This document shows positions 29,549-44,399 of a stretch of DNA of 64,000 nt, piece by piece. The DNA is from the human T2T-CHM13v2.0 reference genome, Homo sapiens, in the NCBI RefSeq assembly GCF_009914755.1, contig NC_060929.1; one strand, 5' to 3'. Below the pieces are notes generated by a model. That model did not search any database. It had not been told where the DNA came from and saw nothing but the letters and a program-made list of their open reading frames with translations. The first letter of the stretch is position 1. The number at the start of each line of letters is the position of its first letter. A program made the translations under genes and the position numbers.

Positions 29549-31068
29549 GCAGAAAGGAGGAGATTTTCTTTCTCTATTTGACTCCTGCCATGTAGTTCTG
29601 TTGGGTAAACTGTCAAGTAAAATGCAGACACTTGCACTGGAGAAAAATACTTTGATATAGGCAAGCCAATGGGACTTGTTTTTCTATTTTTCCCTGGTGA
29701 GGTGTTTTATTGTTGGCTCACCAGTCTCTCCAGCACCTGCAACAATTGCTGTCCCTCTCTGAAGAAGAGGCAAGGGAGAATAGTGCAGGATATGGAAGGT
29801 ATAGAGGTAGTCTGAGAGGTCACTGTAGCTTTGTTTAGTGAGCACATGGAGGACAGAGCCTTTGCCCCTAAGTCTTCAGGATTTTCCAGAAGTTCCATAT
29901 TGATATAATACTCTGAGTCACAGGTAATCTAACAATGACCTCTGCTATAAATGCCTTGAAGAAAGCTTCCTTAAAAGGGGTCATTCTAGGATGATGCTCA
30001 ATTTGATAAATGTTCTCACGTATTTTAGCCCATTGTTTGTCAGGGGATCTGAAAGTATAAACTCTGGTTCTAGTGGCAGGGATGTTTTTAGCTAAAATTA
30101 TGAAAACACCAAATGACCTTTGATCTACTTAGAGAGCTGGAGACACTTCACATTACTTTGCTGACCCAGGAAGTGGCAAATGACTACTATAATTACATGA
30201 TTCAAAGCTCCTCCTCAGCCTCTGCTTTCACCTTGAAGGCAGATGATGTAATAACCACATGCCAAAGCATCTGAGAATATATTGAAGGCCTATGGTATTT
30301 AATTTATTTAGTCTCAAGACAAGATTTGTAATCTATTCCCTTGAAAGATACCTGACACATTTGAAACACAGTTTTGTGTTGTGCATTTTCTGTGACTTAA
30401 TGGTAGTTTTGTTTAGCAGTTTGAAAAATCTTTCCAATGACTAATATTCAGTCATTAATACAATAACTGACAATATTAGACCATTTTATAAAATAAATAA
30501 AAAATAAAACTTGTTCATATCAGTCACCAAAATTTTCTTTCCTCATGGTTTTCTTCAACTTTACTTTTGTGATTGTTTTACTATAATTTTGCATATTTAA
30601 TTTAGTCATTAGTGTCAATATCTAGAGAAGGAAAACTTTCATTTCTGTAGTCTCGTTGTTAAGTGTAGCAATGAGGATTATTCCTTCAAATCTACAAAAC
30701 TAGTCAAAGAAATCAATTTCAATTAACAGATTTCATTATAAATTCATTAACTTCCTCTGTACTTTTGAGAAAAATTTTAAACTTTGCTTTACTTTATAGC
30801 TTTTGTTTCATAACCCAAGTTGTTAAAGGAAATCTACTATTAGGATAAAGGACCATAAATACACAAAATAATGTTGTAAACATAATAACTCAAAACTTGA
30901 TTGTTTTGAAACTTGCAACTCAAATTTTATAAATGTAATATTTCTTTACTCACAATGTAAATTAAATGCCATGTAAGAACATTTTCCACAGTGAGTAATT
31001 CTCATCTTGAAGTTTAAATTGTATTTATACATGTTAGCTCATATACTTTAAAATAGATGCCCTATTAA

Positions 31069-31386
<318 letters not shown>

Positions 31387-32625
31387 TAAGATTTGATTAA
31401 GTGGTTTTAGAGGTTTCAGTTTAAATGATTTTCTTGTATGCTGCCATTAGAAAAGGAACAGAACAAAGAAAGTGCACAATAAATATGTGTTGAATGAAGT
31501 AATGAACCTTTAGGATAATTGTTCTCCATTAAGTCTATGTTGAATAAAAATAAAATAAAATAAAATAAAATGGAGTTTGTATCCTCACCACAGTACATTC
31601 TCATTGGTGTTGGGATAGTAAAATCTTAATTTTCAGAGTTATGGAGTTGAAAGGCTACCACCACAAAATGTGCATGATGACATTTACCCAGCCTCAGTGA
31701 CACGACACTTTCGAATGAGAGCTCCAAGTTTCTCAAGTGAGGCCCACCTGCAAGTCATTATAGACCATAATATGGTTCTCAGAGCCTGACCATATTATTT
31801 ATAGAGCTTGACCTGACTGTCAGGAAATAATGACAGCATTTTATACTTCTGCTGTGCCCTACTTCTCAGTGTTCCTTACCAACATCAATAAATTCTTATA
31901 TCACTTCTGTGGGGTATTAGATGATAAATATTATGACATCGAGTTTTACAGATGGGGAAGTAGAAAATGAAGCACAGATGTTCAATAATTTTCTCCAATT
32001 TCCAGTCACTATGTAGGACTTTTCCATAAGCCATTTAAATAATATCAAGGATAAAGACTGATGTATAGGGAAGTAGAAATGGGTGGAGGGGAGTGGGGCA
32101 CATTTGAGTCCATTGAATATGGACAAGCTACTGTGGGAGTAGTTAAGCTAGAAGGTGATTGAAAAAAAGGTGGTGGGATTAAGTTACTGTGATTTATTTG
32201 TAGCTTCTTCCCTACTAACTGCCAAAAATGATTTGAAATTGGAGAATTTAGTATATCTATTTTCCCCTTCAGTATCCCTTCTGGAAAAAAGAATGATAAC
32301 AGATTCCAGTAATAAAATTGTGTATATTCCTAATGAGGTATTATTGCTTAGTTGGACTGATTATACTCTCTGGTAATGAGTTTGAGGATAGACTAAAAAT
32401 GAGTTGGTTGGGAATTCATATTTTTTGATATATTTAGCACTAGTATTATCTTATTTTTTTTCTCTCCCTTAATCTTTATCAACATCTGCTCATACTGGTC
32501 ACTTCATCATTCACCAAACAATATATATTTAAAGAGAATGTATTTCATATACATGTATTATATATGTTCTAATATGTCTCTCTCTATATATTTTGTACTA
32601 TACACATTGTACAATGTATTATATA

Positions 32626-32772
32626 CAGGTGGCTGTCCATATCCATGGGTTCTGTATCCATAGATGCAGAATTCTTGAATACAGAGGGTTGACTGGGAGA
32701 TCTGACATCTGCAGGTTTTGGTATCCGTGGAAGGTTCTGCAACCAATCTCTGGTGGATGTGAGAGGTGATTG
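32626..32772 (-). mobile_element. MER2/Tigger-family MITE fragment
   Basis: Flanked by TA on both sides; ccatatccatgggttctgtatccatagat...ttttggtatccgtgg...aaccaatc. Confidence 0.7.
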
Positions 32773-35302
32773 TACTTAAGGTAAAAGTCAATGGAGAAGG
32801 CCACTATTGGAATATGGCCAACTCAAGGTGACCCTGCAAAGAGGAAGTTTGGAAAATAAAAACCCTTTCCATGACTAAACCCTACTGGAAGCCAGAAAGT
32901 CAACTGCTGTGATCACACAGATGAGACTTCTGGCTTGGAAACAGAGGAAAAGTGTGAACAGCAAACTGGGAGGGACAAATAAAAAATATCTAACTTTTCC
33001 TTCCTACCACAAATTTGAATTATGCCCCAATCTATTCTCATCCTGACCTGAGGTCTCTTTATTCCAATTGTCTTCAATCAAATTCTGACTTTGTTGCAGA
33101 TGCCAGCAGAAGTTATCCAAATGAAATGGAAATAAATTGATTACAAATAATATTCAAATAAAAAATAAATAACTTGTGATACCTGCTGAAAAATTTAGTG
33201 ACTGACATATATCTTAAATATGTGTCTCCTTTAATTTGGTCTTTCTGTTAATAATGTGGTAAACTAAAGGCTAAAGGTAGTCCAGCCTATGAATCAGGAG
33301 TAACATAGGCATGAGTTTTTCTTGTGTTTGCATATACACTTAAAAGTTGGTTACTTACAAGATATAACTTTAAATCTCATAAAAATTATTGTTACACAAC
33401 TTTGAACTGTGTTTTTTCTTGTGTAAAAGTGAAAAAGTAGTGAACTAGGCAAAACAGAATGTAGTAAAAGATACTCTCACCTGGCCATCAATATGGAAAC
33501 ATTTAATTTAAAATAGTTTCCAGAAACATCAAGAGAAGATGCATATTAGTGTGTTAATTATTCTCATTCTCCATAGCAGGAACTATGCTTTATTCATCCT
33601 TGTACTCCTGAAAGCCAAGCTGGCCAGTAGAAGGTTTATAGAAAATGTCTTATAAATATGTTTGTTTTATTGTACAACTTTTGTCTTGTTTATATAAAAT
33701 GTATATATAGATAAGTGATTTTTTCTATTAGTCATAAATATTGATTTCACATGTAGATGGTGTGAAATGCAGATGTGGATCCACATTTGACCAAACTTGT
33801 TCATCACAGAGTTATCACAATCTCTGGGTCTAATCTAAGAAATATACTGTTTTCTTATACCAAGTCAAGACTCTATGACCTGCTCCTCTACCTATTTTCA
33901 CCATTCTCATCTCTTCCTATTTACAGCTTCAAGAAAGGCCTCCTCTGCTAAAAATGCTCTCTGATTAGCCATTCACTGCTTCCTGAACTATGAAGACATC
34001 TTCTAGGAATACTCAGGATCTTCTGCTATGTGGCTTTAATTTATTTTAAGATTAATTCCTCATTACCTTCTTACACAAAGCCACCATTAGCATATCAAGC
34101 ACAGCTGTACAAATTTTTAAAAGGCCAAAAGATGTATCTGCCAATTCTAGGAGGATATAAACCTGAAGGCACAAATCTGGGCTGGAGCACATGGTTTCCC
34201 TTGTGAGAAGAAAAAGTCTCCTTCCTCTGAATGGACACACCTTGCACACCAGGGCACAAGGTTTGTCTAGAAGAGCACAGCTGAACATCATAAAGTGCAG
34301 AACCACACACCTGGCATCCTTGTCCCTACACAAGGTATGTTGCTGTTAAAGTATAATTTGTTACTCTCCAAAGCACACTCACAATTCCCTACTTGGGTCC
34401 CTTGTTGCATGTTACTGCTCCTCATTTATGCATTTGGATGCTTTCTTATATTTTTCCTCAACCTCTACCACATTCAGTTAGGCACTCAGCCTATATTTCA
34501 TGTATACCTATGTAGCAGGTCTTATGACCAGAGTTGGGGATGCACAGAAATTGCAGATTTCTTATTCATGACATTACTTCTCATCCCCACAACTCAATAT
34601 GATAATTCCTTTCCCTAACCACCCCACTTCCCAATGCACATAGTATTTTGTCTGTACTTTCCTTTGGGAATTTACATTTTCTACTCTTTCTAGTACTGTG
34701 CAAACATATGTTTTCTTTGCCATTAAACTTAATGGCATGGACTTAAAAATCTTGATATCTAGAACAGTGCCTAGCCCTGTAACTTGAGGATATAAATTAA
34801 ACTTAATTGAATTATTCATTACCTTCCTTGTAACTTTAACTGTCGCATTATGACTGTAACTCAATCCGTGTATTATATGTCAGCAAAGTTGAGCGCCTTT
34901 TCCGTGCAGTTACACTTTGAGTTACTTAAGGATTACATCCTTTTGCTAGAGTCCTCAAACAGCATTTAGTGGCATCTTTCAGACATGTGGCGCTTGCAGA
35001 GCTCGAGAAAAGATGGCAAAATTATATGTCTTTTCCTTTTTCTTCTTTTTGGCAGCTCTTTACCTAATGATGTAGACTATATTTGATACACTGTAGTTTT
35101 CTTATTCTGCTAAATTCCTCATCAACACATGACCTCGATAGATATTGCTGTCAACATCTTCAATTTCTTCTTTCTATTTATCTTGACAAATCCCTGGGTG
35201 CAGTATTAATTTTATCTACCTTAGCATGGAGGTGATTATTTTAGCTCATTTTAATGCTCCTTCTATGTAGTTGCCCATTAGTGATCGCAAGAAGTTGATT
35301 CT

Positions 35303-35912
<610 letters not shown>

Positions 35913-36699
35913 TATTCTGGTCATCATTTCTTCTTTTTTGTTCCTTTGGGCCTACCAAGGGTGATTACAATTCTGCTTTTACTAGGCCTGGGTTATCTCA
36001 GTCTCTTTGTAGTGTGATGCAACTTTTATAAATAATCTCTTTTTTAAACCCTCTTCAAATTATGGTAATGTAAGAATGACATTTATTTTCTGGAGGGGAG
36101 ACTGCATGATTAAAAAGACAAAAATAGAATTGAAGGTTTTAACTATATGTGCAGTCTTAAGTGGAAATGACATACGGACACTGCCTAGAGGGCAGTTATT
36201 CAGACATTAAGTTTAAGATCACTCAGCCAGACTGAGGAACAAAACTGTGGAGAACAGACATTAAAGATTAGAAAAAATAGCGGGTCTAAAGTTCTATGAA
36301 AGCACCAGAATATAAGAATGAAAAGATTATGTCAAAGCATGCAGCAAAACAGACATGAGACTTGAGTGAGAAGTAGGGTCTTGTCATTAAAGGTGATTAC
36401 ATTCTCTTCCATTTATACTAGGAACTGCAGAGATAGGGACAAGACGTGTATCTGTAACTGGTTGAGCTGCTGGTTGGAAGCACATAATTAAAATAATGGG
36501 GTACAGCAATAATTTTCTTTTATTAACATATTAGAGCAATTAATTTATTCATCCTTTGAAAAGTATGCATTTTAGGGCCATATATGTATATACTGATCCT
36601 CCTCAAAAATCTTCCAGTTCTTTTACCAAGACTGAACCCCGACTATTTTGTAGTGATCTGAGGATTAGACAACCAAGTTATTGGGAATTAGATTTAGAA

Positions 36700-37174
36700 T
36701 TATACAAAGTTGTCCACGCCCTTATGTCCAGAGCCTATGAATATGTTACTTACCTGGCAAAAGACTTTTGCAGATGTAATTTAAAGTTAGGACCTTGAGA
36801 CTAGAAGATTATCTTATATTATTCGTTGGGCCCATCTATTCACATGAGTCTTTAAGAGCAGACAACCTTTTCCGGCTATGGTCAGAGAAAGAGATATGAT
36901 AAAGGATGAAAGAAAGGGTCAGAGAGATATGACATTCTTGGCTTTGACAATGGAGGAATGTGGGTGGCATCTAAATGCTGGAAAAGGCTAGAAAACAAAA
37001 TTTTCCCTAGAGCCAAGAACAAAAGAAGTTGCAATCCTGCCAAAGCCTTCATTTTAGCATGGTAAGACCCCATGCTGGACTTGTGATTTATGTAAACATA
37101 AAATAATAAATTTGTGTTGCTTTCAGCTAATAAATTTATGGAAATTTGTTACAGCATTAATAGAAAACTAATAC
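36700..37174 (+). mobile_element. MLT1D-like MaLR LTR
   Basis: tgtccacgccc...tgaatatgttac...tttgcagatgtaatt...gattatc...aatttgttacagcattaatagaaaactaatac. Confidence 0.82.
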
Positions 37175-37386
37175 CAAAATCAGTTTATAGAATACAGAAC
37201 TTGGGATACTTTGGATAAGGAAATAAAATATAACAGAAAATTCCACCTGTCTTGGAAAAGACTTGATAAGGTCAAATGCCTATCAGGAAGGATCCTAGAA
37301 GGGTGAAAAAAACCAATAAGGAAAACCAAGTCAGTAGGTCAACTGAGTTTGGCCAGAGAACTATGTAAAAAGTCAATAATTTATGA

Positions 37387-37721
<335 letters not shown>

Positions 37722-38574
37722 TATCCACTTTTTTTTTTTTGACAGGTGAGAGATGACAGTGATGGAGATAGCTCACATCTGCGTGCTCTTAACTGTTGCA
37801 TAGTACACTTGTTTACATATTTTTGCCATGGGCAGAAACGGAAGAAGCCCATTCAGTATACATACCAGTATGTAATGATTATAGGAATATTGGATTTTGA
37901 TCACAACATTTTAATAATGGCATCCCCAAAATTAAAATAATTTAAATGTTCTGAAAAGATGTTGTTTTCCATTTCAAAAGGATAAATAAAACTGGATATG
38001 CTATGGGAATGATAAATCTGTACATGGTTTGGGAATGATTTTCAGATAATGACCCATAAGTCCTCTCTAGCCAATACATTTAAGGAGATACTTTAGAGTT
38101 GGAGAGTATGATTCTTCCCTTATTTAGGGCTAGAGAAGAAAAAGTTCTTCACATTTGAAAGGAAAGATATGTTAAGATATACAATGAATTGTATCTTTCC
38201 TTTGAAGTGTGAAAGTCAAGGTACACAATTAGTCAAGGTATACAATTCATTTCAAAAGCAGTTATACCATAATAAACAAGTTTGAAACATTTTCTAAAAG
38301 CCTTCAATATTTAAAAAAATTGATGTTTTAGATTTTATGAGTATCCATTTAAAAAAACCAGAAGTCAGCTGGTTAATTCAATGAATGTAGATTTTTCTCA
38401 CATTGTCGTGTTTCAGTACAATTCACAGCTGTATAAATAATGCCATTCATAAATAGAACTCAAGCAAATTCAATTCTGTTTCTATTAATGTGAAACGTGC
38501 TAAAATTTTCCACTTTTGTTTGCCTAAAGAACGTGTATGTCTTGGCACACAAAAGCTCTCTTGTGTTCCTATAA

Positions 38575-38578
<4 letters not shown>

Positions 38579-38607
<29 letters not shown>
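38579..38607. repeat. Pure A29 tract
   Basis: Read directly; no adjacent SINE/LINE recognised. Confidence 0.95.
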
Positions 38608-38610
<3 letters not shown>

Positions 38611-40102
38611 AAGCTAACCACCACCTCAAAATCCTAAGGGCACCAAGCAATCATCTTTCCAAAGAGGTCTATATTTTCAGACATGACGTGTGTTACTGAT
38701 TGTGGAACAAAATCCACTGTATAATTTCTGCGGTTGTCTAAAACTGACAAAGCAGCTGGGAGGAAAAACGTACTGGTTGCAGTTTCCCCAGATTTTCTTT
38801 CATCTAGCTCTGAGGAATTCTTTTTCAGAGTATACACAACACAATCCAAAAAGAGGGGCTTTTTTGAATGAAACATGTTCTGTCTTAAGCAAGTTCTAAA
38901 GTGATCCAAATGTGAAGCTTTAGAATCTGATGATACCTACTCCATGGAGGCCTGACAGTAAGTCATGTAATACATCGATGATTTTATGGGTTTCTCTGTT
39001 AGTAATTCCAGATGGTGTGTCTGTGCTCTGGCTGTACACTCTACCTAAATCATCTCACTCATAATCAACAGATATCCAGAAGCACTTTAATTGGAAACAC
39101 TTAATTTTACCAGTTATTTGTAACTTTTAATACAATCTCATTTAAGAACATGGAGTCCCTTGCTTTTCATAATACTGAGCTCTTTTTCTGGAGAGCAGGT
39201 TTTGGATGGATATGTGCTGCTTGAATCAATGTTGTTTTCTGAGAATTTGTGTGTTCCATATATTTCTGGTTCAGTCTTCAGAAATGCTGCTACAGCATCT
39301 TCTGCACTTCTCAACACCACCTTCTTGCCAGCTCTTATTATAGACTAAAAAGGACTTCAAAAGAAAAGCATGTTTGCCACAGTTGAAAAATGATTGCTGT
39401 TAATGCCAGGGTCTTAGTATCAGCTCTTCAAACCACCATCATTAATCTTAATTAGAAAACTAAAGCAAATGTTTTTTACCATTTGCAATTAATATGGGAC
39501 CTAATTTGAATTCGGAGTCCAAACAGAACTCACTGTCTGCCTATGTTGGAAAGTGTGTTTTATACCTGCCGGTACCAATATTGTTTTAGTAACCGAGGAA
39601 AGAACAGAGCATTGACTGACATCAGAATAATCTGTGTCGACCATAAGCATTAATCTTATTTAGAAAGTCAAGCTGAACTTTGTCAAACAAGAAAGGTTTA
39701 GGAAAAAAAAGTTTACTTTAAGCCTATACAGAAGTATCAAAACACAGAGGTTCATCTTAGAATTTCTCCCACTGAGGCAGCAGATATGGCCATTCATAAC
39801 AAAGACCTTGTCTTTTGTTCTTTCTGATATTATTCCACATTGAGATAAACATGTGATAGGTGAGCTTTTCACAGGAAAACTGGGAGAGCTACTCATGCTA
39901 CCCTGCGTGGAAATGATTTTTTTAATTATATGAAACAGTAAGTTGAAGGTAATATTTATAAATAAAAATCTCTAAATATTTAGAGATGATTTAGAGATAT
40001 TATCTCCAACTTCGTAAGCATTTCAAGTAACTTTAAATTTTAATTGAATTTCACTGAATTACTAAATCTAGAAATAACTCTAAGGAGATATTGACCAAAA
40101 CT

Positions 40103-40383
<281 letters not shown>

Positions 40384-43300
40384 TCCTCTTTTCTTTTCTA
40401 AAGGTCTGTAAGTGAAGGCTGTGAGTTTGAGGACTTCTCTGTAGTATAATGGTTGGCAGAAAATCAAGCTTTGGTGCTTGGAACCTAAATACAAATTTTC
40501 TGGTATTAAGAATACTTTATTTTTAAAACTTTTACCAACTGCTATAGTAAACTGATATTTGTATCCATGTAAATAAACATATATAAACATACAAATATAC
40601 ATAAATAATTCTATTGTTTTATAAATATAACAATTTCGCTGTTATATAAATATATGAACATAAACATGTTTATTTACACAGATAAAAATAGTTTACTCTA
40701 TATAGTTTATATATATAAAAACTATAAACTGATGTGTATCAGTTTGCTATATATTAGTATTTACATGTGTATAAATATTGGTTTATCATAGCACTTGTGT
40801 GTGTGTATCTATCTACTTGTTGTTTCCTTGTCTTTATACATTTTTCAAATGTGGAAAGAGAAGGATAAGAGAAAGCATATAGTAGCAGGCAAATAAAGGC
40901 TAAAATTCTTAGTATTCTTAGTATTTAAGTTTTAATAAATTAATAACTAACCTGCCTTTCAGCTTTAACACCCTGCTGTGAACAAAGCTAAAATCTATAT
41001 TTGAATGTTTGCCCTAGTTGTATTTCGCTTGGGTAGAGGGGTGTGATTGCTAAGCATTGCCCTAAAAGGCTTAGAAATTTCTGATGCTAGTCTCATATTG
41101 TGTCTATTTAACCAAACTTTTTGTGTCTTGACCTTAACAAATAAAGAATACAAGGTATTAATATGGTTCAAGATGGATGTTGTATATGTGAGAATTCATA
41201 ATACTAATTTCTATATTTGTATCCACATTTGAAAACATCAATAATGCAATATTAAAAGAAGCAACATGGCCAAGAAATATTGATGGATAAAAGAATAAGA
41301 TGAAACTGAAACTCAAACATGACATCTCGCTCTATTGACATAAAAATATACCCCAATATATAAACCCTTTCCTCAGAGTATATCCTCCTTATCATTCCCT
41401 TTCAACCCAGAAACTTTTTCCAAACAAATAGAGTTCAATTTTTCCCACCACTAAATACTTTGGTAATATTAGAATTGAGAGATTTTGGCAACTGTCAAGA
41501 ATTTTGCTCTTTCAAAGAGTATTCACTCTCGCCTTGTCAATTTCAGCATGGGAATGCTGTTTTTCTCAGGCTTTTATATAATATGGTTTTATGTGTGTAT
41601 ACAAGTGACTTTTTAATGTTAGAGTATCAGAATTCTATTAAAATAGTTCTATTCTGGCTCTAAAAGATCTTGGATGAATTAACATGGGGATCATTTATGT
41701 AGGCAATATTCATTATTCTTATTTAGAAAGTCGTATTTGCTGATGGCCATGAAAGGGTTTTATTTTGATTCTGAATTTTCAGTTGGCAACTAAATCAAAA
41801 ACCCATTTTCAATAACTGCTAGTAAATAGCTCACATATTTCTATGCTTCATTTTCTTCAGTTTACCTATAAAGTTTAAGTGTGATAAAGCTGCAGAATAA
41901 TCTCTTGCAAAGGGCATCAGGAGACACCTAGTTTATATTTTCTTATCATCACCTCATGTTTCTCACTAAATACAGCATTGTCTTTATCTTCTAATCTCTA
42001 GTCGTAAACTCCTTCATTAAAACCTGAGGGGAATTGTACTAGTAAACATGATGAATTGAGAAGTGTCTTTGAAAGCTGTAGTCTAGTGAATAACTCCAGC
42101 AGCAGGCGAATACTTTGTAATAAATTTGAAAATACTTTAACTGTGGAACATACTACCATCTGCTTTCAGTGTTTTTTTAAGGTTTGGAATCTATAAGGTT
42201 TTAAAATAGAAAAGAAGAATGTCACAGAAAAAAAATTTTGGCAGTCCCAGTGGTAATCCCTGTACTACGTTTAGTGCCACATGTCGAAAGACACTAATGC
42301 CAAACTGCCTATTGTGGCAAGATGTACATTTTTCCTATTTGTTGGAGTCCCCCTTAGAATTAATACTATTTTTTCTTTATCAGAATAGGGAACAGATCCA
42401 ATTTACTAAAATATAGAATGAAGTTGAAACAGTAATATGTTTTGAAGATATGAACTAGCTAGTTCAATATTTCTTGATGAACACATTGGTAAATTGATTC
42501 ACAAGCCTAATTACCCTGCCGTTTAAGATCTTTCAACATATAGCGATTCTGGACCAAGAAGCGAGTGGCCATTTTTCATATCAAACACAATATAGTGACA
42601 TTAATTTTGCTCTCTCTCCATCAGCGCATTAATTCTGTCAGATCTGGTATTAAGGCTTGTAAATAGAAGCCTCAGAATTTTCGGTAAAAAATAGGTAATC
42701 TAAAAAACACACTATAAATTACATCTCAATTTTGGGTTAAAGGCAAAATGCCTAGAAAACTCTTAAGCAAAATTTAAAAAATTGATTATGCTCTTGAAAA
42801 TAATTTTTATTATTCAAGGAAAATATCTTCTTATAAATTCTAAATTTTGGCACTGATCTCTGGGAAAAATGTAAGAAACAATTTGAAGAAAACCAGAATA
42901 ATCATTTTCACATAATTTTCTAACAAATATACAGAGAGGGATAACAGCAACTTTAGACCAAACAGGATACCAAAATCTAAAACTATCAAATAAGAACATC
43001 CTACGACGTCAAAGTAATGTATACCTAATTGTTTTAAGTTAAAATAATACTTAGCATCTTTTAGAATTCTCAATCTTGGGAGACAGACATGTTCAGGTTT
43101 GTAATATTCATTGTATGATATTTCTACACACCACTAGAGGCCACACAACTCCAAAAATGAATGAATAATTACATGGCCTGCTAATCAAAGCCCGAAAGAA
43201 AATAGAAAGCTAAGTGGAAAGATTTACCATTGTCTGTATAGCAAGACTTTATATCACGGGCCTTTCCCTGGAAGAGTTTAGATTGCCCTTGTGAAGCCAC

Positions 43301-44399
43301 TAGAACTTGTAGACTTTTTACTGCCCTCTCTATTTGCAGCATATTCTTATTCTACCACCAGAATATATGAGATGTGTTTGCGTGCACAGCACATGAGCAA
43401 TGGAAAGAAATATACCTCTGAACCTTCTCAATATTCTAATAGAAAGTCATTAGAAAAAAATGTACATACAGTCATATAATTTAGAATGCTAAACATTTGC
43501 TTTCTTTCCTGTTAGAAATTTTAAATAACAACGTTTACTTTTGTAACAAAAATATGACATTCTCTGTGTCAAACTTTACATTATATCACACACAATTTTA
43601 TAATAATTTGATAAACATCCATGGAAATGAGCTGCCTTCTTCCTCTACAAGCCCTTCGCCTCCCAGATGATCTAAGAATTAAGCGTGGGAATATGTGTTT
43701 CATTGCCAGTAAACAGACCAGTCTTCTGGATCTCTTCTTATGTCCTAAGTAAAATTAGATGTAGCATTTTCAGCCTGGTTTCTAAACGCTTTGTCTGCCA
43801 GCCGGCAGCTTGTCACTTTGAGCAGACTTAACAAATTCGTTTATTTCTCTGGTTCTTAGCTAGATTTGAATCAGGTGACGCTTTAATACCATCTCAGCAA
43901 AAATGTAAACTGTGACCTCTATGATGAGTAAGTATTGTCTGGGCTCTGGAAATTTATTTTGTGAAAAACTGGTAGCACCTGTGCTACGTTTTATGGAAGA
44001 CATAATAATGTTAACTCGCATTTCACTAAGTGCCTTTACTCTGGGAACCTCTGACTGTTTTCCTGATGAAGAAGCACAATTTTCCTTCTTTTTTACCTAG
44101 AGACAGTGTAAGACAGACAAGTTAAATGGCATTGTGATAGCAAACTAATATCTAAGGTAAAAGGTCCCAAGATTTTTAAACTATAACCTTTTACATTGAC
44201 AATTCATAAAAGATGCTATTTCAGAATTAATAGATCAAAGTTCTAACGGCTTTCTCTAATATTCAGAACAATGTAGAGATTGCTCAGGGGATACAAAAAT
44301 ATCTAAAGGACAGTTCTTCCTTCCAAAAAGCTAACAATCTAGATATAAACCTAAAAATACATCTTCAATAACAATCCGACTACATCTGTTTGCAGTAAT

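Noticed and set aside
32604-32617. 14-bp palindrome acattgtacaatgt and other short AT-rich hairpins (e.g. ~8154, ~51919)
   Set aside because: Short enough to be expected by chance at this AT content.
39213-39222. TGTGCTGCTT, resembling miR-15/16 seed or target sequence
   Set aside because: Seed-length match only, with no precursor hairpin.
43131-43144. CTCF-like motif CCACTAGAGGCCAC
   Set aside because: Mismatch at a core G position; cannot be supported without ChIP data.
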